NCBI GenBank assembly: GCA_910584185.1
Contig: CAJTYC010000002.1
Span: forward strand, 1 to 60,442
Direction of reading: 5' to 3'
Source: an uncultured Muribaculaceae bacterium
Lineage (GTDB): Bacteria > Bacteroidota > Bacteroidia > Bacteroidales > Muribaculaceae
Length of the DNA stretch: 60,442 nt
A model generated the notes under the pieces. That model was not told the origin of the DNA. It was given only the letters and a program-made list of their open reading frames with translations, and ran no database searches. This document shows positions 53,201 to 60,442 of this stretch, piece after piece. Within the stretch, counting starts at the first letter, position 1. Every line of letters starts with the position of its first letter. The position numbers were made by a program, and so were the translations under genes.

Positions 53201-53348
53201 CGGTGAGGCCTCCTCAGGTCGCGCCCAGTGGGATATCACCGGCATGAACCGCAAGCGAGTGCCGGGCGGTGTATATTTCATCTTGGCTACCAATGCCCCT
53301 AATGCCGACAATTTCGTGCAGGTGGGCAAGGTGCTCGTGGTGAATTGA
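50250..53348 (+). CDS. rdgB: Single ORF: RdgB/HAM1 non-canonical purine NTP pyrophosphatase (about aa 1-192) fused to a signal peptide and a PorZ-like beta-propeller with T9SS C-terminal domain
   Basis: [34 protein letters not shown]; then hydrophobic ...[41 protein letters not shown]. Confidence 0.85.
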   Translation: MDKRKRLVFATNNAHKLEEARRIVPEGFEIVSLAEIGCHDDIPETAETLEGNALIKARWVHDRYGYDCFADDTGLMVDALDGAPGVRSARYAGEECDSKANMKKLLSEMYDKEQRDAHFSTVIALVADGEEHCFVGRVDGRIAREPHGDGGFGYDPVFVAKESGKCFAEMLPDEKNAISHRGRAMRKLSRFLGLLSMLIILMLCGFTANAEQWRLHGSYDGNMERIVDTQKYTYFLGLSQDYEPSVTAMAIHYGILMRYDKEGEEMMVLNSQNLLSGNTVNAIEYNFAKKYLVAAFDDGNVDLLYDNGDKYTVPGLKLSQSAPSKKINSLTVDNSSGTIYVATDFGYYTINEGNKEVGTSRVYGVPVNAMAMYDGKMWLASDNQVYYGQPGEYTFDKLMKGPKFGIDSKPGTGTVSRMYPLGNRGIVTLYGKRDNMTVALIYKDGDKYTSRTLVGSRSRGMEPLPNGVLLCHPNSITILHADGKDAFFDVPVDDRNGLFGTYNESDFWLSAKRKGISLKRKPSSGDNWTVLKDRFFPNVSSSFLSSYMAYSPEYGMLVRNHSMDNIFYQDAGNHFYIPDMLSGYKDMNWSQLSATYRSDSKGLIVTSPRGIAIDPKNPHHVYCGSVKNGFMRLDLKNVENSIHISKRTDDSGGYGHPGFVVAVEESPENASWRARCVFSAPAFDSYGILWISHLVPNNYHESDSEDTELWYWLPEERAAVTSAANFKPLRKLTVKGAKISNSPLMLPLKTSANRNLILLQGNTKGGGLTIYDHNGTPTDTSDDRMVTMTELYDQDGQKVEFLYGYAHYEDPLTGLVWLSTGDDLITFKPSEAFDNPSAVRRIKVARNDGTNLADYLLNKVQVNGIIADKAGNKWFATMGAGVMCTSSDGREVLASYTTDNSPLPDNDVYSIGYNPDTNSIMASTDKGLAELFLYGTSAGGGDDDVRVYPNPVAPDFYGYVTIDGLQDDAMIKIVDAAGNLVKECGEASSGRAQWDITGMNRKRVPGGVYFILATNAPNADNFVQVGKVLVVN

Positions 53349-53386
53349 TTTTCAACTGATTTCAAACAAGAATATAAGTACGATAG

Positions 53387-54748
53387 ATGAAGAAGATAGT
53401 ATTGTCTGCGTTAGGCGTCATGGCTCTTTGCTTCTCCGGCTCTGCGCTGGAGATTGCAGTGACTCCCGGCTCGCTCAGCGCCTCTAAACTTACCATCAAC
53501 AATACCCGCGACTCGCAGCTGAAACTCACCGGTTCGGCCTCTGCGGCCGACCTTGAGTTGCTGAAGTTTATAAGCCCCTCGATCAAGGATCTTGACCTGA
53601 GTGCATTGTCGCTGCCCGGAGGCATTCTCCCCGATATGATGCTTATAGGCAGCAATGTGGAGACAGTGACGCTGCCCGAAGACCTGAAGAGTATCGGCAC
53701 TTCGGCTTTCGCTTCGAGTGCGATAAAGCAGATTCTGGTGCCGCAGTCTGTCACGAAGATTGGCGACCGTGCCTTTGCCGCCTGCCCCAATCTTGCCAAG
53801 GTTGTAATACAGGGCAACCCCACGCTCGGCACCGGTCTCTTTAAGGATGATGCTAACCTCACAGAAGTTAATTTCGGTGCCGACATAACCGAAGTCCCTG
53901 ACCGCACTTTCGAGAATTGCTCTAAATATGCGCAGCCGGTGCCTGCGGAGGTCTCCAAAATCGGCGCTTACGCTTATTGCGGCACTGCCTTGACTTCGGT
54001 CAATCTCACCCGTGTATCTGAAGTCGGCGACTTCGCGTTTGCCAATTGTGCCGAACTCGTGGAGCTGGACATAGACCATGAACATGAGATGACTGTGGGC
54101 AAAGGAGCTTTCTTTGCCGATGCCTCGATAGAGGTGCTTCCTTTTCTCTACGGATTCTATCCGTCGCTCGTGATGTCGGGGACAGCCGGAACTGTTGACC
54201 TCGATTTGAACGGCGAGAGCGTGGAGGAGGGTGCGTTTGCCAACAACAACACCGTGAAGACGCTGCGCTTGGGTGCGGATGTGAAATCAATCAAGGCTCA
54301 CGCTTTCCGCAACATGGGTTCGCTCGAGACTGTCAATGTAAATCCGCTCGGAATAAACATACCGGAGACGGACGACCTCGCATTCTCAGGTCTTGAAAAC
54401 GCCGAGGGTCGTTACGACATATTGCTGCACGTCAAGGAGAAAACCGCCGATGTGTGGCGTGAGCATCCGGTGTGGCGCCTCTTCAACATAGTGGATGGTG
54501 GTGCCGACGTGGGTTCGGTGACCGACTCTGAACTCGCCAGCGTGGGTGTGACACGCGATGGCGGCAACGTATATGTGAAATCTAACGGAGTGATCGACAG
54601 CGTGGCGATATATTCGCTCGATGGCAAGACGCTGTGGCAAGGCAGCCCCAGCGCCGATTCAGCCCATGTGGATAGCCTCCCCGAAGATGAGGTGCTGATA
54701 GTCAAAGTGGTGAGCCAAGGAGCAATAAAAGTTGTAAAACTGAAATAA
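53387..54748 (+). CDS. Secreted BspA-type leucine-rich-repeat protein with probable T9SS-like C-terminal domain
   Basis: Signal peptide; LPEDLKSIGTSAF and VTKIGDRAFAACPNL repeats; C-terminal IYSLDGK...KVVKLK. Confidence 0.8.
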   Translation: MKKIVLSALGVMALCFSGSALEIAVTPGSLSASKLTINNTRDSQLKLTGSASAADLELLKFISPSIKDLDLSALSLPGGILPDMMLIGSNVETVTLPEDLKSIGTSAFASSAIKQILVPQSVTKIGDRAFAACPNLAKVVIQGNPTLGTGLFKDDANLTEVNFGADITEVPDRTFENCSKYAQPVPAEVSKIGAYAYCGTALTSVNLTRVSEVGDFAFANCAELVELDIDHEHEMTVGKGAFFADASIEVLPFLYGFYPSLVMSGTAGTVDLDLNGESVEEGAFANNNTVKTLRLGADVKSIKAHAFRNMGSLETVNVNPLGINIPETDDLAFSGLENAEGRYDILLHVKEKTADVWREHPVWRLFNIVDGGADVGSVTDSELASVGVTRDGGNVYVKSNGVIDSVAIYSLDGKTLWQGSPSADSAHVDSLPEDEVLIVKVVSQGAIKVVKLK

Positions 54749-54846
54749 GGCTAAGTAAGGCTAAGAAAGGCAAGGCAAGGCTAATAAGGCAAATAGGGCT
54801 AATAAGTTTTCTTCTTATTAGCCCTATTTGCCTTATTAGCCCTAAT
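54746..54846. terminator. Hairpin built from 9-bp CTAATAAGG/CAAATAGGG repeats between convergent genes
   Basis: ggctaataaggcaaatagggctaataag-ttttctt-cttattagccctatttgccttattagcc. Confidence 0.8.
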
Positions 54847-54852
54847 GTTTTT

Positions 54853-56160
54853 TTAATCCCTGCTGAAGAGGTCGCGGGTGTAGACCTTGTCTTTGACATC
54901 GTTTAGCGACTCGTCGTAGCGGTTGGCGATTATCGCCGCCGACTGGCGTTTGAACTCGTCGAGGTCGTTGACCACCCGGCTTCCGAAGAATGTGGTGCCA
55001 TCTTCGAGCGTAGGCTCATATACTATCACATTTACACCTTTGGCTTTGATACGCTTCATTACACCCTGTATTGACGACTGGCGGAAATTGTCGCTGTTTG
55101 ACTTCATGGTGAGGCGATATACTCCCACTGTGCATTCGCGCTCAGACTCGTTGCTGTAGTCGATATTTCCCGCGTAGTCATACCATCCGGCCATCTTCAG
55201 CACTTGGTCGGCTATGAAGTCCTTGCGCGTGCTGTTGCTCTGCACAATGGCCGACATCATGTTTTGCGGCACATCTGCATAGTTGGCGAGCAACTGCTTG
55301 GTATCTTTGGGGAGACAGTAGCCACCGTAACCAAACGACGGGTTGTTGTAATGCTCGCCGATGCGCGGGTCAAGTCCGATACCTTCGATTATCGCTTTTG
55401 AGTCGAGTCCCTTGACCTCTGCATATGTGTCGAGTTCGTTGAAGTAACTGACGCGCAGCGCGAGGTAGGTGTTGGCGAAGAGCTTGACGGCTTCGGCCTC
55501 CTTTAGACCCATGTATAGCACAGGTATATCTTTCTTTATGGCGCCTTGCTCAAGAAGTGCCGCAAATTCGTGAGCTTTCTCGGTGAGAAATGGTATGTCG
55601 GCCAGTCGCTTTATGGCCTCGTTCTCCTCATGGAAGTCCTCCTTGACAATCAGTTTCGGTATGCCGACGATGATGCGCGAGGGGTAGAGGTTGTCGTAGA
55701 GGGCCTTGCTTTCGCGCAGGAACTCCGGAGCGAAGAGCAGGTTGAGCTTCTTCACGCCGAGCGCGTTATATTTTGTATACATATTGCGGCAGAAGCCTAC
55801 CGGTATAGTAGACTTGACCACAATCACTGCGTAGGGATTGACTTCGAGCACAAGGTCGATCACCTCTTCTACGTGAGAGGTGTCGAAATGGTTGCGGTCG
55901 GAGTCATAGTTGGTGGGAGTGGCTATCACCACGAAATCGGCATCGCGATAAGCGGAGGCGCCGTCGAGGGTGGCTGTGAGGTCGAGCTGCTTCTCGCTCA
56001 GATATTTCTCTATGTAATCGTCCTGGATGGGTGACTTGCGGTTGTTGATAAGTTCAACCTTTTCCGGAATCACATCTACGGCTGTAACCTTGTTGTGCTG
56101 AGCAAGGAGAGTGGCTATGCTTAGACCCACATAGCCGGTGCCGGCTACTGCTATTTTCAT
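54853..56160 (-). CDS. ugd: UDP-glucose 6-dehydrogenase
   Basis: [39 protein letters not shown]. Confidence 0.93.
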   Translation of the reverse strand: MKIAVAGTGYVGLSIATLLAQHNKVTAVDVIPEKVELINNRKSPIQDDYIEKYLSEKQLDLTATLDGASAYRDADFVVIATPTNYDSDRNHFDTSHVEEVIDLVLEVNPYAVIVVKSTIPVGFCRNMYTKYNALGVKKLNLLFAPEFLRESKALYDNLYPSRIIVGIPKLIVKEDFHEENEAIKRLADIPFLTEKAHEFAALLEQGAIKKDIPVLYMGLKEAEAVKLFANTYLALRVSYFNELDTYAEVKGLDSKAIIEGIGLDPRIGEHYNNPSFGYGGYCLPKDTKQLLANYADVPQNMMSAIVQSNSTRKDFIADQVLKMAGWYDYAGNIDYSNESERECTVGVYRLTMKSNSDNFRQSSIQGVMKRIKAKGVNVIVYEPTLEDGTTFFGSRVVNDLDEFKRQSAAIIANRYDESLNDVKDKVYTRDLFSRD

Positions 56161-56196
56161 ATCTTGAAGTTGTTTTAGTTGTTTCTTTTTAGATTA

Positions 56197-56310
56197 ATGT
56201 CATCATGACAATTTTTTTATTATGACATTTTTGTCATTATGTCATTATGACATTATGATATTATGAAATTTTGTCATAGTGACATTTTGTCATAGTGATA
56301 TTTTGTCATT
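56197..56310. repeat. 8-bp microsatellite (TGTCATTA/TGACATTA) in both orientations
   Basis: tgtcattatgtcattatgacattatgatattatg and repeated ttttgtcatagtga. Confidence 0.8.
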
Positions 56311-56321
56311 AAGGTTATCTC

Positions 56322-57848
56322 TTATTGCTGTGTGATTGTCAGCAGGTTGTCCACGATCTTGCGGTCGTTGCTCAGGCGTGGCACTTTGCGTTGGCCTCCG
56401 AGTTTGCCGGTGCCTACGGAGCGGAGCCAGCGTTCGAATGTGCCGTGCGGCACTGTGGTGACGAGCGGCGGGTCAAGGAAGATCGTGTGGCTGCGCTTGG
56501 CATCGTAGTCGGAGTTGAGACGGCGCAGCTCGTGGTCGAGCTTGAATGCGAATGTCTCGATATCGGCCGGTGGTGTGATCCACTCTATGACCCATTGGTG
56601 ACGCCCCTTGGAAGTCTCGGTGGCAAAGACCGGAGCCGCCGTGTAGTGGCGCATAACTGCCCCGGTGGCCTTGCAGGCCGCTGCCATGGCATGTTCGGCA
56701 TTGTCTTCCATCAGTTCCTCGCCAAATGCGTTGATAAATGTCTTGGTGCGTCCGGCTATCCTTATCTTCACCGGGTTGGTGTCATATACGCGCACTGTGT
56801 CACCGAGGTGATAGCGCCAGAGTCCGTTGCTCGATGATATGAGCAGTTCGTAGACTTTACCTTTCTCCACTTCCCAGAGTGGTATCGGCTTGGCCTGCGG
56901 GTCTGCTATGTCGATAAACTCATAGAACACATCGTTGTCGATGATGAGCAGCATTGAGCGGTCGTTGGGGTCATTCTGCACTGCGAAGAAACCCTCGGAG
57001 GCGTTGTAGGTCTCGAGGAAGTGCATCTTCGCGGAGTCGGTGAGCTGCGTGTATATCTCACGGTATGGCTCGAAGGAGATGCCGCCGTGGAAGAATACCT
57101 CGAGGTTGGGCCACACGTCCGATATTTTTTCAACGCCCTTCTTGGCTATCACCTCCTTGATTACCGTGAGAAACCAGGAGGGCACGCCGGAGAGGTTGGT
57201 GATGTTTTCATCTTTTGATGCCTCTACGAGGGCAGGCAGTTTTTCGGTCCAGTCGGGGAGCAGGGCAGTGCGCATGTGCGGCACGCGAAACTTGTTGGCC
57301 ACCGGGTTGATGCGGTTGATGAGCGTGGCGCTGAGGTCACCTATCCTGACGTGGGGGTCGCGTGGTTTCACCTCGGAGGCGAAGGAACCGCCGAGCACGA
57401 AAGCCTTGCCCGAGAATATGCGTGAGTGAGGATTATGTCGCAGGTAGTGGGCCACGCAGTCGAACGCCCCTTTATAGTGGCAATTGTGCAGGTTGCGCTC
57501 GGTGATGGGAATATATTTGGAGCGGCCTCCCGATGTGCCCGACGATTGGGCGTAGTTGCGGCAGCGTCCTGGCCAGAGTATGTCGCGCTCGCCGTTGATC
57601 ATGCGCATCACGTCGGCACGTATGTCTTCGTAGCTGCACGTCGGCACGTTTGCAGCATAGGCTGCATACATGTCGTCGGAGTCGAGTATGCCGCTGAAGT
57701 CATATTTGCGGCCTGTCTCCGTGTGGCGTGCGCATTTGAGCAATCCCCTGAGCTGTTTGAGCTGGAGTTCGCGCCCGTGGCCGGCATATCGGTCGGTGGC
57801 GCGTGAGCGGCGCACAAACATGGGCCTTGCTATGGGTGTGAAGTTCAT
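56322..57848 (-). CDS. GH3 (auxin-responsive promoter) family adenylating enzyme
   Basis: SSGTSGGRSKYIP, YNASEG, GLWRYHLGD, GRTK, GGQRKVPRL. Confidence 0.85.
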   Translation of the reverse strand: MNFTPIARPMFVRRSRATDRYAGHGRELQLKQLRGLLKCARHTETGRKYDFSGILDSDDMYAAYAANVPTCSYEDIRADVMRMINGERDILWPGRCRNYAQSSGTSGGRSKYIPITERNLHNCHYKGAFDCVAHYLRHNPHSRIFSGKAFVLGGSFASEVKPRDPHVRIGDLSATLINRINPVANKFRVPHMRTALLPDWTEKLPALVEASKDENITNLSGVPSWFLTVIKEVIAKKGVEKISDVWPNLEVFFHGGISFEPYREIYTQLTDSAKMHFLETYNASEGFFAVQNDPNDRSMLLIIDNDVFYEFIDIADPQAKPIPLWEVEKGKVYELLISSSNGLWRYHLGDTVRVYDTNPVKIRIAGRTKTFINAFGEELMEDNAEHAMAAACKATGAVMRHYTAAPVFATETSKGRHQWVIEWITPPADIETFAFKLDHELRRLNSDYDAKRSHTIFLDPPLVTTVPHGTFERWLRSVGTGKLGGQRKVPRLSNDRKIVDNLLTITQQ

Positions 57849-57849
57849 A

Positions 57850-58935
57850 TCAGGGATTGTATAAGTCGTTGTTGCGGTAGTCGAGTATCTCGTTGGCGGC
57901 TTTCAGCGCCTCGTTGGCCCGGCTCTGCGGGTTGATGCGGATGGCAGTCAGGTAGTCGCGTATCGAGGATGCCCGGTCGCCGAGGCTCCAATATTTCAGC
58001 CCCCGCATTATGTATGCCTCTTCGCGATCCGGGTGCGTCTCTATGTAGCCGTTGAGTTTCTCGACGGCTTCGGCCGGCAGCATGCCTTTCACCATGTCGC
58101 GGAGTTGGTCTGACGAGTCGGACTTGTCGGTCTTGTCCGACTTGTCTGACAGGTCTGACTTGTCGGTCTTGTCTGACTCGTCTGACTTTAGGGCCGGGAA
58201 GTTCGGTCTGGGCATGGCCCGGTAGTCATCTTTCTCTATGTCGTCTTCTTGGGGTTCCATAAGTTTCCCTTCTGCCGGAAGACGGAATGATATCAGCTTG
58301 ATTTTCTTGCCCCGCGAGAGCCATTGCTGTTCGTAATATGTCTTTATCGACGACACGGGGTCAGCCATGCCTGTGCCGTAAAGGTCGTCGGTCTGCATCA
58401 GCACTTCGAAGCCGTTCAGCTCCACGAGCCGGCGTGTGTATTCGTAGAGAAAGGGGGAGTCTGTCTTGAGGTTCACTACGCCGTCGGGCTTCATGATGCC
58501 TCGGTAGAGCGAGAGAAATCTTGTGGAGGTTAGGCGCTTGCGACGCTTCTTCATCTGCGGGTCGGGAAACGTGATCCAGATGCTGTCGACTTCGCCGGGG
58601 GCGAAGAATGAGTCGATGTTTTCTATCTCGCAGCGCAGGAATGCCGCGTTGGCTATCCCTTCGCGCTCCACCTCGGAGGCTCCGGTCCACATGCGTGCTC
58701 CCTTTATGTCGATGCCCACGAAGTTGCGTGTCGGCTCGCTCTTGGCGAGTGCCACGGTGTATTCGCCGCGTCCGCAGCCAAGTTCGAGGGTGATGGGGTT
58801 GGGGTTGGCAAACACATCTTGGTGCCATGCTCCCTTATGCGGAAAACCCACGCGAAGTAATTCTTCACGCGGATACTGATACACGCATTTATATTGTGCC
58901 ATGTCGGCAAATTTCTTCAGTTTGTTTTTTCCCAT
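57850..58935 (-). CDS. trmB: tRNA (guanine-N7)-methyltransferase fused through a low-complexity linker to a small TPR module
   Basis: MGKNKLKKF, LELGCGRGEY, DIKGAR, ITFPDPQ, LKTDS, TYYE; linker SDESDKTDKSD...; TPR AYIMRG...YLTAIRINP. Confidence 0.9.
   Translation of the reverse strand: MGKNKLKKFADMAQYKCVYQYPREELLRVGFPHKGAWHQDVFANPNPITLELGCGRGEYTVALAKSEPTRNFVGIDIKGARMWTGASEVEREGIANAAFLRCEIENIDSFFAPGEVDSIWITFPDPQMKKRRKRLTSTRFLSLYRGIMKPDGVVNLKTDSPFLYEYTRRLVELNGFEVLMQTDDLYGTGMADPVSSIKTYYEQQWLSRGKKIKLISFRLPAEGKLMEPQEDDIEKDDYRAMPRPNFPALKSDESDKTDKSDLSDKSDKTDKSDSSDQLRDMVKGMLPAEAVEKLNGYIETHPDREEAYIMRGLKYWSLGDRASSIRDYLTAIRINPQSRANEALKAANEILDYRNNDLYNP
58108..58188 (-). repeat. Nine 9-bp units (AAGTCAGAC-like) translated in frame inside trmB
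   Basis: 81 bp encoding KSDESDKTDKSDLSDKSDKTDKSDSSD. Confidence 0.9.
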
Positions 58936-59041
58936 GTGTCTGATAGCTTATAGGGGTGATGCACCTGTACGTTTTCTCTTTATTTCAGATGCAGGGCTTG
59001 GATAAGGGCCTCTAAGGTGTTAACAACCGTAGGAGGTGTAA

Positions 59042-60235
59042 TTATCGCTGCCAGGTGAAATTTTTTTTGTATGTGCCCAAGTGGGAGAGCTTGAAGATGG
59101 CGTTGGCAATAGGTCGCCATAGCCATAGCAGCGGTGCTGCCCACCATGCGGCTGTCACGTCAAACAGCTTGGCGGCCTTGCGGTAGCTGAGCATGTCGGC
59201 TGTCCAGAGCATTGCCACGATGATGCATGCCGCCACGATGGGCCATAGGGAGGGGAGGCCGAGCAGGGCTCCGGCCACGGCGGCAGCGGTGACGAGCCAT
59301 TGCATGAGGCTCACTGCGCCGGCACGCAAGAAGGGTGCGGACGGCAGCCAGCGGCGCGTGAAGTTGCGCGACGCTTTATGAAGCGACCATATGCGCCGGG
59401 CGGATTCTCCCCAATTCACGGTAAGTATGGTGTGTGGCGATGTGGCGATGCGGGCGTTGGCCGATGTGCATATCTGATTGATATATACATCATCTTCACC
59501 ATTAAGTAGATACATGCAATTGGCGTATCCTTTGTTGTCGAAAAATGCCGTGCGACGCAGCGCGAGGTTGAAGCCGTCGCCGCGATATGGATGCCCCATG
59601 GCCGCATATCCGGCCCAGAGGCTGTCGCTTAGCAGGGAGTCGAAACGGCGGTAGCACTTGCCGAGGCCGTGAAACTCATTGAAGTCCGGGTGGGTCAGAC
59701 CGAACACAAGGTCGATATATTTGCCTTGTGGCCCGCAGAAAGGTGTCATCATGCCGCTCAGCCAGCTTGCGGAAGGTATGGTTATATTGGCGCGGGTTGT
59801 CAGCACCACTTCACCTTTGGCTGCCTTTATGCCGATGGTGTTGGCAAGTTTCAGGCGGCTCAGGTTGTGCGAGCCTGGCTGCAGATAGGTCACATATACG
59901 TTATCCCAACGCTGCTCCACAATCTCGGATATATATGAGGCGTATTCGGCGCCGGAGTCGCACACCACCACCACGTCGAAGTCGGGATAGTTCTGCTCGC
60001 AGACCGACTGGAGGGTATTCATCAGTGTCTCCTCGTCGCTTTGGCAATATATCACCACAGTGGCCTTGGGCATTGAGGCCGGTTGGCCGTCGGTTTCGGG
60101 CTTGTGTTGGTCTTCATGGCGCGCTGCGCTGCGCAGTGGCCGCATACCATAGGTTATCATAAAGATAACACCGGCTATCGCGACGCCGAGAAGCGCCCAC
60201 GATTCCGGTGGTATGTCGTAAAGAGATGTTGTCAT
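59042..60235 (-). CDS. Membrane glycosyltransferase family 2-like protein with degenerate motifs
   Basis: N-terminal TM, QNYPDFDVVVV, KLANTIGIKAA, GFNLA, GEDDVY, C-terminal TMs. Confidence 0.7.
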   Translation of the reverse strand: MTTSLYDIPPESWALLGVAIAGVIFMITYGMRPLRSAARHEDQHKPETDGQPASMPKATVVIYCQSDEETLMNTLQSVCEQNYPDFDVVVVCDSGAEYASYISEIVEQRWDNVYVTYLQPGSHNLSRLKLANTIGIKAAKGEVVLTTRANITIPSASWLSGMMTPFCGPQGKYIDLVFGLTHPDFNEFHGLGKCYRRFDSLLSDSLWAGYAAMGHPYRGDGFNLALRRTAFFDNKGYANCMYLLNGEDDVYINQICTSANARIATSPHTILTVNWGESARRIWSLHKASRNFTRRWLPSAPFLRAGAVSLMQWLVTAAAVAGALLGLPSLWPIVAACIIVAMLWTADMLSYRKAAKLFDVTAAWWAAPLLWLWRPIANAIFKLSHLGTYKKNFTWQR

Positions 60236-60317
60236 AGTTTTTGCCTCCCACTATGCCGGTTATAAGGTGAGCCTCAGCTGCTTGATGCCCTGCGCCGGCT
60301 AACGGTTATGCGGGTAA

Positions 60318-60442
60318 TAAGAGCCCATCTCATAAAAATTTTGCCCATAGGGGTCGCAGAGTTGAGTCGATTTTAGTGCCTGACTGCAAGGCGCAACCTT
60401 TCGGTTGCAACTGAAAGTCAGGTGCTAAAAGCGGCCAACTCT
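60318..60442 (+). mobile_element. MITE/REP-like element with a long hairpin, running off the window end
   Basis: Left end shared with 16742; stems agagttg/caactct, ttttagtgcctgact/agtcaggtgctaaaa, gcaacc/ggttgc. Confidence 0.5.

Overview
A 60.4-kb chromosomal window from a Bacteroidales bacterium. It is probably Muribaculaceae-like (inference from TAnnTTTG promoters, A-rich translation starts and T9SS cargo genes). Gene order: purT and panB (minus strand); a metY-metX-hom methionine operon; a roughly 27-kb de novo nucleotide supercluster (carA-carB-pyrC-pyrK-pyrD-pyrF-pyrE-pyrB, a low-GC AAA/DUF4143-type ATPase-nuclease gene broken by one in-frame TGA, then purE-purL-purM-purH-purD-folD-purB-purA-guaB-guaA); a Wzx/Wzy polysaccharide locus with galactofuranose genes, split by an antisense acyltransferase-leuS block; an rdgB-porZ in-frame fusion; a BspA-type LRR surface protein; then ugd, a GH3-family gene, a trmB-TPR fusion and a GT2 (minus strand). 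The strongest signal absent from the ORF track is a complete classical attenuator before the met operon: a 37-aa leader with 9 Met and 4 Cys, an antiterminator and a terminator. An Arg-rich leader overlapping a terminator-like hairpin precedes carAB-pyr, and a weaker leader plus hairpin precedes purE. Other oddities: three gene fusions (RdgB-PorZ, TrmB-TPR joined by a translated 9-bp microsatellite, PyrB with only the PyrI zinc domain), strand-biased intergenic microsatellites, three 32-34-bp-period palindrome arrays and MITE-like long hairpins. No tRNA, rRNA, CRISPR array or transposase was seen. All protein assignments come from motif recognition, not database searches.
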